This document shows, piece after piece, positions 53,494 through 64,000 of a DNA stretch of 64,000 nt. Both the position numbers and the translations under genes were made by a program. The notes under the pieces were generated by a model. The model saw only the letters and a list, made by a program, of their open reading frames with translations, searched no databases and had not been told where the DNA came from. Positions within the stretch are counted from its first letter, which is position 1. Each line of letters starts with the position of its first letter. Source of the stretch: Eledone cirrhosa (Eukaryota); contig OZ024756.1 in NCBI GenBank assembly GCA_964016885.1, positions 41,912,001-41,976,000 of the forward strand. The letters are read 5' to 3'.

Positions 53494-54570
53494 TCAACCG
53501 CTACAAGATGATAAATGTAAACTCTTTTCTATATCTTCTTCCTTACTCAGAATACGTTGAAAACGTTCTCTGTTCAACTTCGTAGGAAGCTTGTTGGGGT
53601 CCTTATAAACTATGAGGTCATCATTGTAGATGTAGGTTGTCAAAATACAAAGGTTACGATTTGATCCGAAGAGTTTAAAAAGTGACCCTTTTTCCATAAA
53701 CTCTAGGTCTGATATATCTTGTATATATATGTAGATTTTAATTTCTGGTATAATTTCCCCAATATATTCATTTAACATGTCAAACAATGTTTTCTCCGAC
53801 TTTATTTCATCAAATATTTGTAAATGGAACCATGGTTTCAATGTAATTTTCCCACCACTTTCATCCATTCTGATGAAATACACAAGAGTTTTACAGAGAG
53901 TGACTTTCGCACGCTCTAGATTACTGTAAATATTGGCGACACTAGTAAACTTCATTTTGTTGAATATGTCATTATCAATGGAGTACATATGAAATTTTTC
54001 ATAAGATTCTTTCACACATAAACACGTTTCAATTCTCCTTCCTATAATCAGAACTATTATTTGTTTTTGTTCCCCGAAAATATCATAAAGCATTTTACAA
54101 AACTGGTGAATTTCCATTTTAATTTCATCATTCCACTTGATACCGATTAAAATATTATCAGCCAACGGCTCACGAAATTTATATTTCTCCTCAACTTTTT
54201 TTATGGCTTCTTTGATATCTTCTTCGTAAATAAATTGCTTCGGTATATTGTCAGAAAAACACGAAACATGTATACCCTTCTCTGGCCGTGTACAATGAAT
54301 CATGAAAGCAAAATTGCGCTCAGATTTCCTGATCTTATCTGCAACCTTTTTATCGTATTTATCCAAAATGCCCCAAAACGTTTCATATTTATATGTATAA
54401 TAGCTTACCATTTCTAATAACTGTTGGCTTTTTTTTAAATTATCCTGTGGACAATTCATCACAAACATATGCTCATGTTTATTTAAAATGTGCTCCGCCA
54501 AGGCTTCATCGATAACTTTATCGATATTTTCAATAGCTTCTTCTAATTTCCATTTTCTAACAACTTCCAT
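53494..54570 (-). CDS. Intronless 358-aa protein: CARD-like N-terminus plus possible degenerate caspase-like domain
   Basis: Long non-repetitive ORF with aaaactATGG start; residues about 5-82 fit the CARD helix pattern (IDKVIDEAL..HIL...KSQQLLEMV...YETFWGIL...VADKI); C-terminal call is by eye only. Confidence 0.7.
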   Translation of the reverse strand: MEVVRKWKLEEAIENIDKVIDEALAEHILNKHEHMFVMNCPQDNLKKSQQLLEMVSYYTYKYETFWGILDKYDKKVADKIRKSERNFAFMIHCTRPEKGIHVSCFSDNIPKQFIYEEDIKEAIKKVEEKYKFREPLADNILIGIKWNDEIKMEIHQFCKMLYDIFGEQKQIIVLIIGRRIETCLCVKESYEKFHMYSIDNDIFNKMKFTSVANIYSNLERAKVTLCKTLVYFIRMDESGGKITLKPWFHLQIFDEIKSEKTLFDMLNEYIGEIIPEIKIYIYIQDISDLEFMEKGSLFKLFGSNRNLCILTTYIYNDDLIVYKDPNKLPTKLNRERFQRILSKEEDIEKSLHLSSCSG

Positions 54571-55419
54571 AGTTTTTACGTGGTACAGACACAGAAAAGT
54601 CGTCTTTATTTGACACGTTCAATACAACCAGGAAATAACAAACTAGAGTTATCTACCCTGCCTTCTTATTATCTTGGATGTCAAGTACTGACCTCTGTTT
54701 CGCTTCACTGCCAAACAGCGGCGCGTGACTTAATTCCGTCTCCTCCTCATCAACCGGTACCCCCTTTTCGCATATTTTCAGCTGTCACTCCCCATATTTC
54801 ACTACTATGCAGCATTTCACGTCGAACACATTCGCAGAAAGAAACATTTTGTTGTCAACAGAGGTAGTAGCTCTCCATTCTTATTTTAGTTATTCTACTG
54901 CTAATTTGGTTACTTAGATAGCAGTAGGTGTCAACCACTTTTATGGATCCTACATGGGATTGAAAATGGTGTATAACACTGACACTCTTACTACCAATTT
55001 TCACTGAACATCTATTACATACAAAATCTTCCTTTCCTGTCAGTCTGCCTGCTATACCGCTTATGTACCCAAGATTTGTATTGTCTACATCGTATAGAGT
55101 TTCTACATATTGAACAGGTTCATTTCCCTGGTGGGATCCGGGTCCTGTCTTCTTCCCTGCTTATTAACACTTTAGTCTTTTCTAAGTTAACTCTCTGCCC
55201 TTTTGTTTGTAAATATTGTTTCCACAATCGGAATTTATTCTCTAGTTCTTCCACAGACTTGGATATAGAGCCAGATCATCAGCATACAAAGGTTCCCATG
55301 GACAATGTGTCTTATTCCTCTGTTATGGCCTGAAGAACTATAATAAACAGAAGTGAGCTGAGAACCGAGACTTGGTGTATTCCTACTTGTTCTCTGAATT
55401 CCTTGCTGAACTCACTTCC

Positions 55420-56420
55420 TTCTCTTGCTTTACTCCGAACATAGCTTGCACTGTTCTCACAAGCCATTCTTCTGCACCTTTAGGACCACCAGATGACAGA
55501 TCGTGGTACTCTGTCAAGGGCCTTCTTTAGATCAACAAGGGCTAGATGTAGAAGCTTACTCTTAGCTAAGAACTTGTAGTTGTCTTACTAAAATGAGCAT
55601 CTGTGGTGCTCCTCCCTGGTACAAAACCAAACTTCATTTCATCTAGTTTGACTCTTTCCCTAATTAGTTGCGTTAGAACTATTTTTGTCACTTTCATAAC
55701 TTGGTCCATTAGTTATGGCCCTTCAGTTGCTCCTGTCTAGAGCATCACTTTTTCCTTGTAGCACTTAATGGTTATACTGCTGTGCAAGTCATTAGATATG
55801 ACGCCGTCCGTCCTGTATTATCTGATTGATTATGCAGGTGACCAGTTCAACTTCTTTCCCAGATACTTTCTGCATCTCAGTGACTATCTCAGATGCTCTT
55901 ACAGCTTTACCATTTTTCATGATCTTGATTGCTTCTTTGACCCTATACCTGTCAATTCCGATGGTCCCTCTGTTGAGACAGCTAGAGGTACTTTCCCTTC
56001 CTCCCACTCATTCTGTATATTCATCATTCTCTCAGTAATATATCCAGGGTAAATGCACCGATGCCCAATTCCCCAACAACATCCTGATTCTTGGAATACA
56101 TTGACAAACCTCCTTGCTTGTTATGTGTACCTGTTATCTAGCTTCTCTCTTATCTACTGGTCTTTGCTGGCCCTATTTTTCCAGTCTTTCCATGCATGTC
56201 CTTAATGACTCTATCCACTGTTTCTTTCCACTACCAGGTCACCAGGTCTCAAATCCCATCAGTAGTCTGTAGTAGGTTGTCACATAACAACTTCCAATTG
56301 TCCTCTGTCATACATATCTAATTCATCTCCCCCTTCATACCTCCATCTCATAGAGCCTTTCTAACCCTATACTTAATTGAAACATTCCTTAGCTTCTATA
56401 CTTTCTTCTTTCAGATTCTC
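55420..56420 (-). mobile_element. Old degenerate LINE (RTE-like) RT fragment
   Basis: VKEAIKIMKNGKA...IVTEM and downstream DL...DRVPR-like remnants with many frameshifts. Confidence 0.65.
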
Positions 56421-56499
56421 ATAACTTCTGTCTTAAGCTTATTTGATGTCACTAGTTGGGGAATGCATCCTATCCAGCCAGTATCTCAAAGAACTCCGT

Positions 56500-56985
56500 C
56501 ATCCCATCAGGTGTAATGACTTAGGCTCTGGTGTTGGTGTAGAGCAGTGATATCAGGTCCACTATCTTCTTGGAGATTCCATAAGCCTGTAAGATCTTCA
56601 TCAGGCAGTGACGGTTCACAGAATCAAAGACCTTCCTAAAGTCAATGAAAACCATGACAGCAGGTAGGCTCTTTGCTCTAGCTCCCTCCAATATCCTCCT
56701 CAGCATCAGGATATGACTGGTGGTTGATCTTCCCTCTCTGAAGCTGTTCTGGTTGTTCCTGAGCTTCTTCTCCATCTCGGGCTGGATCCTGTTGGGGGTC
56801 TTTGCCAGAAGTGACGTCAGTGAGATCCCCCTGTAGTTGTTGCTGTTAGAGAGATCTCTCTTCTTTCGCACTGGGACGATGTTACTGTTCCTCCACTGAT
56901 TCGGGGCAACTCCTTTCTCCAGTGCCTGGCTACAGAACTCTAGGATGATATCCAAATCACACCTCTTCATCACCTCCGATGCCAC
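56500..56985 (-). mobile_element. LINE reverse transcriptase fragment
   Basis: WRNSNIVPV.K, NYRGISLTS, QNSFREGRST, VFIDFRKVFDSV. Confidence 0.9.
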
Positions 56986-57084
56986 TCCATTTTTTTCTTA
57001 TTTTTCTCTCATTCTATTTTCTTATGAAGGACTAACATCTGAAACATTAAGACACTTTTCATACTATATCAAGCATTAAACTAG

Positions 57085-57792
57085 CATGCATGCTCTGTTG
57101 GATGTGTAATAGTAATATATGTAAGCGGCAAAGCATAAATGAACTAAGTGAGAAATTAGGAATAAGAGGGATCAGATGCTGTTTACTTGAGAGAAGACTC
57201 CGTTGGTATGGCCATGTGATGCGCATGAAAGATGACAGCTGTATAAAAAAGTGCAGGGCGATCAAAATTGACGGTAGTTACGGAGTAGGTAGACCCAGAA
57301 AAACCTGGGACGATCTGATAAATTCCGACCTTACACACTTACACCTCTCTAAGACAATGTCACTGGACCAAGATCTTTGGCGCTACACAGTAATACAGAA
57401 GACCTGCCTTGCCTATGTACAAAGCGAAACCTACAGTCAGTAGGAACCTCCTAACCAAATATACACCCCAATCCACTACCCATACCCTATCCTCCCACTC
57501 ACACCAACAGCACGAGATAATGAGATCGAGATCGTGTAGGTGTCACGACAAAAAAACACACAGTCCACGCTGTAATGTGGCCGTGTAGGTGTCACGGTAA
57601 AAAGTTCCCAGTTCCACACTGTAAATGTGGTTGGTGTTAGGAAGAGCATCCAGCCGTAGAAAACCTGCCAGATGGTCCTAAACGAGCGAGACACGGTCAC
57701 CCGACCAACCTTGCCTCAAATGGGACAACTTCCGTCTAATCCATGCTAGCGTGGAAAATGGACGTTAAACGAAGATGATGATGATGATGATC
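57085..57792 (+). mobile_element. RTE LINE 3' fragment
   Basis: RRLRWYGHV...GRPRKTW plus 3' UTR and (GAT)n. Confidence 0.88.
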
Positions 57793-58171
57793 ATTATGGT
57801 ACTGCATTCTCCTATGTTGTTTTCTTTGTCGATGTTGCATATATTTATACATTTGATAGTGATAGTCTCATAGGTAAATGTATAGTTATTGTGGTAAATA
57901 AAGTGTTTTATTTATGTATCACTGCCTCCCTCTCCCCATCTCTCACTATTATAAGCAGGAGCTCACATGCTGGCCATGCTGCAGTCCTGGCAGACAGAAT
58001 AGAGAAAGCGTTTCCCCGGAGGATGGTGAGCAAGACACATTGGAAGAGCGATTCTAGTTCACAGTGCTCACACCAGTGGGTAGCCAACTCCATGCCAATG
58101 GTGGTGAGTAGGGAGGTGGTCCTAGAGGCAAGGACACCAGAAATCTCTAAAGATATATTCAAATTAATTAA

Positions 58172-58369
58172 CCCTTTAGCATTTACATTACTCTATATTT
58201 ACTATTGTATTTTCGTGGTAAAGGCTTTATCTTACATAATATTGAATCTATGAGATTTTGATGTTGTTCATTTTAAGAACAATACCTTAACATCAGTATG
58301 AGTGGCCAGTTTGAACAGAAAGAGGTGAGAGAATTCTGGCTGGATATAGCCAACTTAAATGCTAAAGGG
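58172..58369 (+). mobile_element. TTAA-targeting (piggyBac-like) MITE; relatives at 45698-45880 and 5955-6720
   Basis: TTAA|CCCTTTAGCATT...AATGCTAAAGGG|TTAA. Confidence 0.8.
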
Positions 58370-58776
58370 TTAAAGAAATTAGAAGACATAAAAACATGTT
58401 ACTGCTTGAATTCAAATATTTTTTGATCGTTTTTTTTTTTTAATTGTTTTTTCTTTTATTTAGCAAGTAACATTATAACAATATTTGTACCACTATCACT
58501 TGCTCAAGCCTTTCTCCTACTTGCTTCACTCTCATTTTAACAGATTCTTTCAAATTCAATTATATACACACATTCCACTTTATATGTCTGATTTATTTGT
58601 ATTAAGAATGAATAATTATGATGGAGAAGATTATATATATGTGTGTATGTATATATGTATGTATGTGTGTATATATGTATATGTGTGTGTATATATGTAT
58701 GTATATATGGCGAATGAACGTGCGTGATATGCAATAAAGTGTGTACAACTAGTTCTGGACTAAAAGAAACACATGG

Positions 58777-58807
<31 letters not shown>

Positions 58808-60847
58808 GATGTCAGGTCGCTCTTCAGCACTACTGGTAACATGTAACCCAGTACAACCTGTGTGTGGTTGGATCGTTGGTGACTAAACCGGCAACCCCAC
58901 CAAGCTTGCTTGGTGAGAAGGGTAATTTTGGACACCCTGCAGAATGAAAAACAAAACCCATCAAAGGGTGTAGGAACTCGGGAGAGTCAACGGTCGTCCA
59001 ATAAAGTTTTTTTTTGTTTTTTTTTTGTGGAGCCAGTGACTCCTAGTCTTCATTAAGATATCTCTCTAGACTCCTAGTCTTCATTAAACATCTCTCTAGG
59101 AGAAGGTCATTCTGATAGAAAACCTGCGACTTTGCTTGTATCCAATGATGTAAACCAGTTCTTTTGGGACAAATGCATTTGATGTTCAGAGAGTGGGTTT
59201 GGCCCCATGCAAAGCTTTTCCTCACTTAACAAAGCTTCAAGCACAGGCATCCCTTGATATGTGACATTTTTTGCAATGCATGGTATTGCTGGCCATAAGC
59301 AAGTCCCTAGCAGGACTAAAAAGCCACATCTGTGATGTTCATGTTTAAGTATCAAGCAATGACATTTCTCGAAATCGAGTTGCAGCCATCATCATGTATG
59401 TATGTTTATATGTATGTATACATATGGATCTGTAACTCAATGGAAACATACGGGCTGTTGTCATGGTACATTTATGAGTACTAGTCACTTTAAACCTGGA
59501 GGAATCCATCCTCTCTCCCGATCTGAATGCAACTGAGTTGTCCTAGAGAGAGAGAGAAGATCTACCACAGTGCTTTTTTTTTATTGACTGCAAAAGAATG
59601 AAAGGCAAAATTGACCTAGGTGGGGCTTGATCTCAGAGCTCAGTGAATCCTGCAAAGAATTCTATCCAACGTTCTAATGACTTTGTCAATTCAGTGCCTT
59701 GATGGGGAAATTTATACAGGTACTGTATTAGTACTGTAAAGCAAAATACTTATATGAGTAGAATCATGGCTGTGTGGTTAAGGAGTTAGTCTTGCAACCA
59801 CATGGTTTGGGTTTCAATATCACTACAACACCTTAGGCAAGTGTTGTCTATCATAATCTCTGTTTGACCAATACAATGTACCATATAAACTGAGTAAAAA
59901 AAATCAATGGAAAAAGGGAGAAGGAGTTAGTTTATATCCAGGGTCAATATTTTGATGATTTTCACCAACTTCAAATTCCACGTAAATATGGTTTAGATTT
60001 TTGCCCATTTCTCAGACATAAAATTATGGGGTTGGCTTATATTTGTACCAGCTTATATTTGAGTATAAACAGTAAGTAGAATTTGTTAGACAGGAACTGT
60101 GCAGAAGCCTATGCCTCTATCTGTGTTTATGTCTATCTTTAAATGTTTATCAGTATTAAAACCATATGTCAAAAAAGGTCATTTAATGTAAAAATAAATA
60201 CTAAATGTAATCGACTAAAAAAGAAATGAAAAAGGCTTTTGAAGGTCCCCAGAATGACCACAGTCCAATGGCTGAAACTAATAATTTCTTTTTTTTTAAA
60301 AATAGTTCCAAGTCACTCAAGTAACTAGCAGGTTAACCATTTCTTGTGTATGTATGTATGTATGTATGTATGTATGTATGTATGTATGTATGTATGTATG
60401 TATATATATGTGTGTGTATGTATATATATATATATGTGTATAAATATATGTATGTATGTATGTATAAATGTATACTGATTGAACTTCCTTGTATCCCATG
60501 TCTGATTTAGCCTTAGAGAATGGCTATGTGTATATATGGGTGATCCGTGCATGTATTTATTATGTTTTAATATCTCTATGTGTGCATTGGTTGTGTATAC
60601 ATGTGGTTATTCTTTTAAATTTCCAATTGAGTTCTTATACACGTGGTTAATACCTAACAGGTTTAAATGACCAGCGTGTATATTGTTTTATTTTAAGATG
60701 ACCTCCCTTTACCCTTTTGGGGACAGCGTGTAATTTTATTTGGGAGGACTGCTGGATTCTAATCTACCAGTCTCTTCTTAGCGCTGAGGGAGAACATCAC
60801 CATTCTGTTAATGTCGATATAATTCTTATATCATTATTAATTGGGCA

Positions 60848-60953
60848 TCCACTGATGAGTGTATAAAACTATGGATTATATACAAGTTTCTACATAACCT
60901 GGAAATTATTTATCCCAAATTGTAGAAATCTTATAACGAAACGGCTGTCTGGA
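60848..60953 (+). ncRNA. Type-I hammerhead ribozyme with long stem II
   Basis: tcca-CTGATGA-79-nt stem II (tttctaca/tgtagaaa)-GAAA-cggctg-TC-tgga; GUC triplet. Confidence 0.7.
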
Positions 60954-61140
60954 AGAAATGAGATATTTATTTAATAATGTCACATATAAAATAATACAAC
61001 CAATTATCCACGAAATACTGATTAGTTAGCACCCCAAACACTAAATTGGGATAATACTTAAGTATATCCTAATTTTGTTGAGTGAGATGGAGTTGGTCGG
61101 AGTATCGCTTAAGGCTTTCTCTGTTTATGTATTGAATATA

Positions 61141-62001
61141 TCATCATCATCATCATCGTTTAACGTCCATCTTCCACGCTTGCATGGGTTTGGACGGGAG
61201 TTTTCCCACTTGAGGCAAGAGTGGTTGTCTTGCTCGCATAGGACTGTCTGGCGGGTTTTCTACGGCTGGATGCCCTTCCTAACACCAACCACGTTTACAG
61301 TGTGGACTGGGAGGTTTTTACCATGTTACCTACACGGCCATATTACAGCGTGGACTGTGTGTTTTTTTTGTCGTGACACCTACACGACCTCATTTGTTTC
61401 GGACTGGATGTTGTGGTACCAACATAACTTTACATTGAAAGGGGTGGGGGTAGTGGGACGGGGGTATATTTTTGTTAGAGGTGCCTACTGACTGTAGTAG
61501 GTTTCACTTTGTACTTAGGTAAGGCGGGTCTTCTGTATTACTGTGTAGCGCCAAATATCTCGGTCCAGTGACATTTTCTTGGAGAGGTATAAGTGTGTGA
61601 GGTCGGAATTTATCAAGTCATCCCAGGTTTTTCTGGGTCTGCCTACTCCGTGGCTACCGTCTATTTTTATTGCCCAGCTGTCGTCTTTCATGCGCATCAC
61701 GTGACTTTACCAACGTAGTCTTCTCTCGAGTAAACAACATCTGATCACTCTTATTTCTAATTTTTCCTTTAGTTCGTTTATGCTTTGCCATTCACGTATA
61801 TTACTATTACACATCCAGCGGAGCACGCAACTTCGTTTCTCTCCAGTCTGCGTATATCCAATGCCCAGGTCTCACTGCCATGTAACATTGCTGTTCGTAT
61901 GCAGGTATCATACAGCCTGCCTTTCATTTTTAGAGAGAACCCTTTAGCGGCTAATAGTGGTATAAGCTCTCTGAACTTTTTCCATCCAGTTCTGACTCTA
62001 G
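61141..62001 (-). mobile_element. RTE LINE 3' fragment
   Basis: Reverse complement of 38210-39103 with small deletions. Confidence 0.88.
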
Positions 62002-62072
62002 AAAAATATACATATATATATGTATGTATATATATATATGTATGTATATATATATATATGTATGTATGTATG

Positions 62073-62113
<41 letters not shown>

Positions 62114-62118
62114 GTATG

Positions 62119-62216
<98 letters not shown>

Positions 62217-62276
62217 TATATAGATTTTGAGTTTACCTCAACAACATATGTACTTGTCTATACCATACTAATTCAA

Positions 62277-62331
62277 ACTGCCTGAAGAGGTCATAGCCAA
62301 AGATGGCTGTCACTGAAATATATATAGCAGT
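62277..62331 (+). ncRNA. Type-I hammerhead ribozyme
   Basis: actgc-CTGAAGA-ggtcatagcca/tggctgtcact-GAAA-tatata-TA-gcagt, immediately followed by AATAAA. Confidence 0.75.
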
Positions 62332-62576
62332 AATAAACGAAGCTAAATTTTAATCATTTGACTTTTATTTAACTTTATTTTATATATCATCATCATCATC
62401 ATCATCAACGTTTAACGTCCGTGTTCCACGCTTGCATGGGTTTGGACGGGGGTAGTCCCACTTGAGGCAAGAGTGATTGTCTTGCTCGCATATATATATG
62501 TATATATATATGTATATATATATATGTATGTATGTATATGTATGTATGTATATATATGTATGTATATATGTATATG

Positions 62577-62640
<64 letters not shown>

Positions 62641-62672
62641 TGTATGTATATATATATGTATGTATATATATA

Positions 62673-63420
62673 TATCATCTTGGTTAAGAGAGTGGGACTG
62701 CCTTTGTGCAGTGCCTTTGCTCACTATAAAAGCTTCACGGCACAGGCATTGCTTTATATTTGGAGATCTCTCTGCACTTGTCGTCACATGGTACCATGGG
62801 CCCAGCACTATGTGTAGTGTTTGTACCAGAGTTTTCAAGTCGCTGGATTAAAAAGTCACACTCGTTCAGCGCATCGGTAGGGGTTCTCCTACATAGATAT
62901 AAAGTAGTGGCAGTACTCGAAAACGAGTTGGCAGCCACCATATATATATGTATGTATGTATATATGTATGTATATGTATGTATATATATATGTATGTATG
63001 TATGTATGTGTGTGTGTGTGTATGTATGTGTGTGTGTATGTATATATGTATATATATATGAATTCTAGGAGAAGGAAAACTCTGATATAACTCCTCCAAC
63101 CCTGATGGTATCCAATGATGTTGACTTGTTCTTCTTTTTGGTAAATATCATCTTGGTCAAGAGAGTGGGACTGGCTTTGTACAATGCCTTTGCTCACTAT
63201 AAAAGCTTCACGGCACAGGCATTGCTTTATATCTGGAGATCTCTCTGCACTTGTCGTCACATGGTACCATGGGCCCAGCACTATGTGTCAATAATTGTCG
63301 CAAGAGTTTTCAAGTCGCTGGCTGGACTAAAAAGTCATATTCGTTTAGCGCATCGGTAGGGGTTCTCCTACATGGATATAAAGTAGTGGCTGTACTCGAA
63401 AACGAGTTGGCAGCCACCAT
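62673..63420 (+). mobile_element. Two tandem 3' ends of a LINE with a C-terminal C2H2 finger (62673-62941 and 63060-63420)
   Basis: [16 protein letters not shown] remnant and a short GTACTCGAAAACGAGTTGGCAGCCACC tail, duplicated. Confidence 0.65.
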
Positions 63421-63487
63421 GTATATGTATGTATATATATATATATGTATGTATATATATATGTATGTATATATATATATATGTATG

Positions 63488-63594
<107 letters not shown>

Positions 63595-63868
63595 ATGGTA
63601 TGCATGTAGATGTATGTACGTATATATATGTATACATGTAGATGTATGTATGTATGTATGCATGTATATATATATATGTATGCATGTATATATATGTAAT
63701 GTATATATATATATATGTAATGTATATATATATATATGTATGTATGTATATATATATGTATGTATATATATATGTAATGTATATATGTATATATATATGT
63801 AATGTATATATATACGTATGTATATATATATGTAATGTATATATATATGTAATGTATATATATATGTA

Positions 63869-63911
<43 letters not shown>

Positions 63912-64000
63912 ATGTATATATATATATATATATATGTAATGTATATATATATATATGTAATGTATATATATATATATATATATGTAATGTATATATATAT

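Overview
AT-rich, microsatellite-dense animal genomic DNA. The SINE, RTE and Penelope repertoire suggests a coleoid cephalopod such as Octopus; this is an inference. Host genes: (1) the last five exons of an Echinoid/Fred-like Ig cell-adhesion protein cytoplasmic tail (+, 5609-14739; PPxY motif, ends ESGYSTP...KKVIYEVIV); (2) a probable two-exon gene for an uncharacterised Ser/Thr-rich protein (+, 32676-36574); (3) a complete six-exon RPS19 (+, 43674-50377) with a TCT/TOP-type promoter and four intronic box C/D snoRNAs (one mgU6-53/SNORD8-like, three snR38/SNORD1-like); (4) an intronless 358-aa ORF (-, 53494-54570) with a CARD-like N-terminus and a possibly catalytically dead caspase-like region, followed by a TATA/Inr-preceded GC-rich structured segment. 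Mobile DNA includes a Merlin (ISXO2-type) transposon with 48-bp TIRs, a 5'-truncated Penelope-like element with inverted pLTRs, RTE and Tx1-like LINE fragments, tRNA-derived SINEs, and TTAA and Tigger-like MITEs. The most striking pattern is about 17 type-I hammerhead-ribozyme motifs from several unrelated families, many inside short fold-back elements next to (TA)n tracts. Most ORF-track entries are translations of microsatellites. All calls were made by eye, without database searches.
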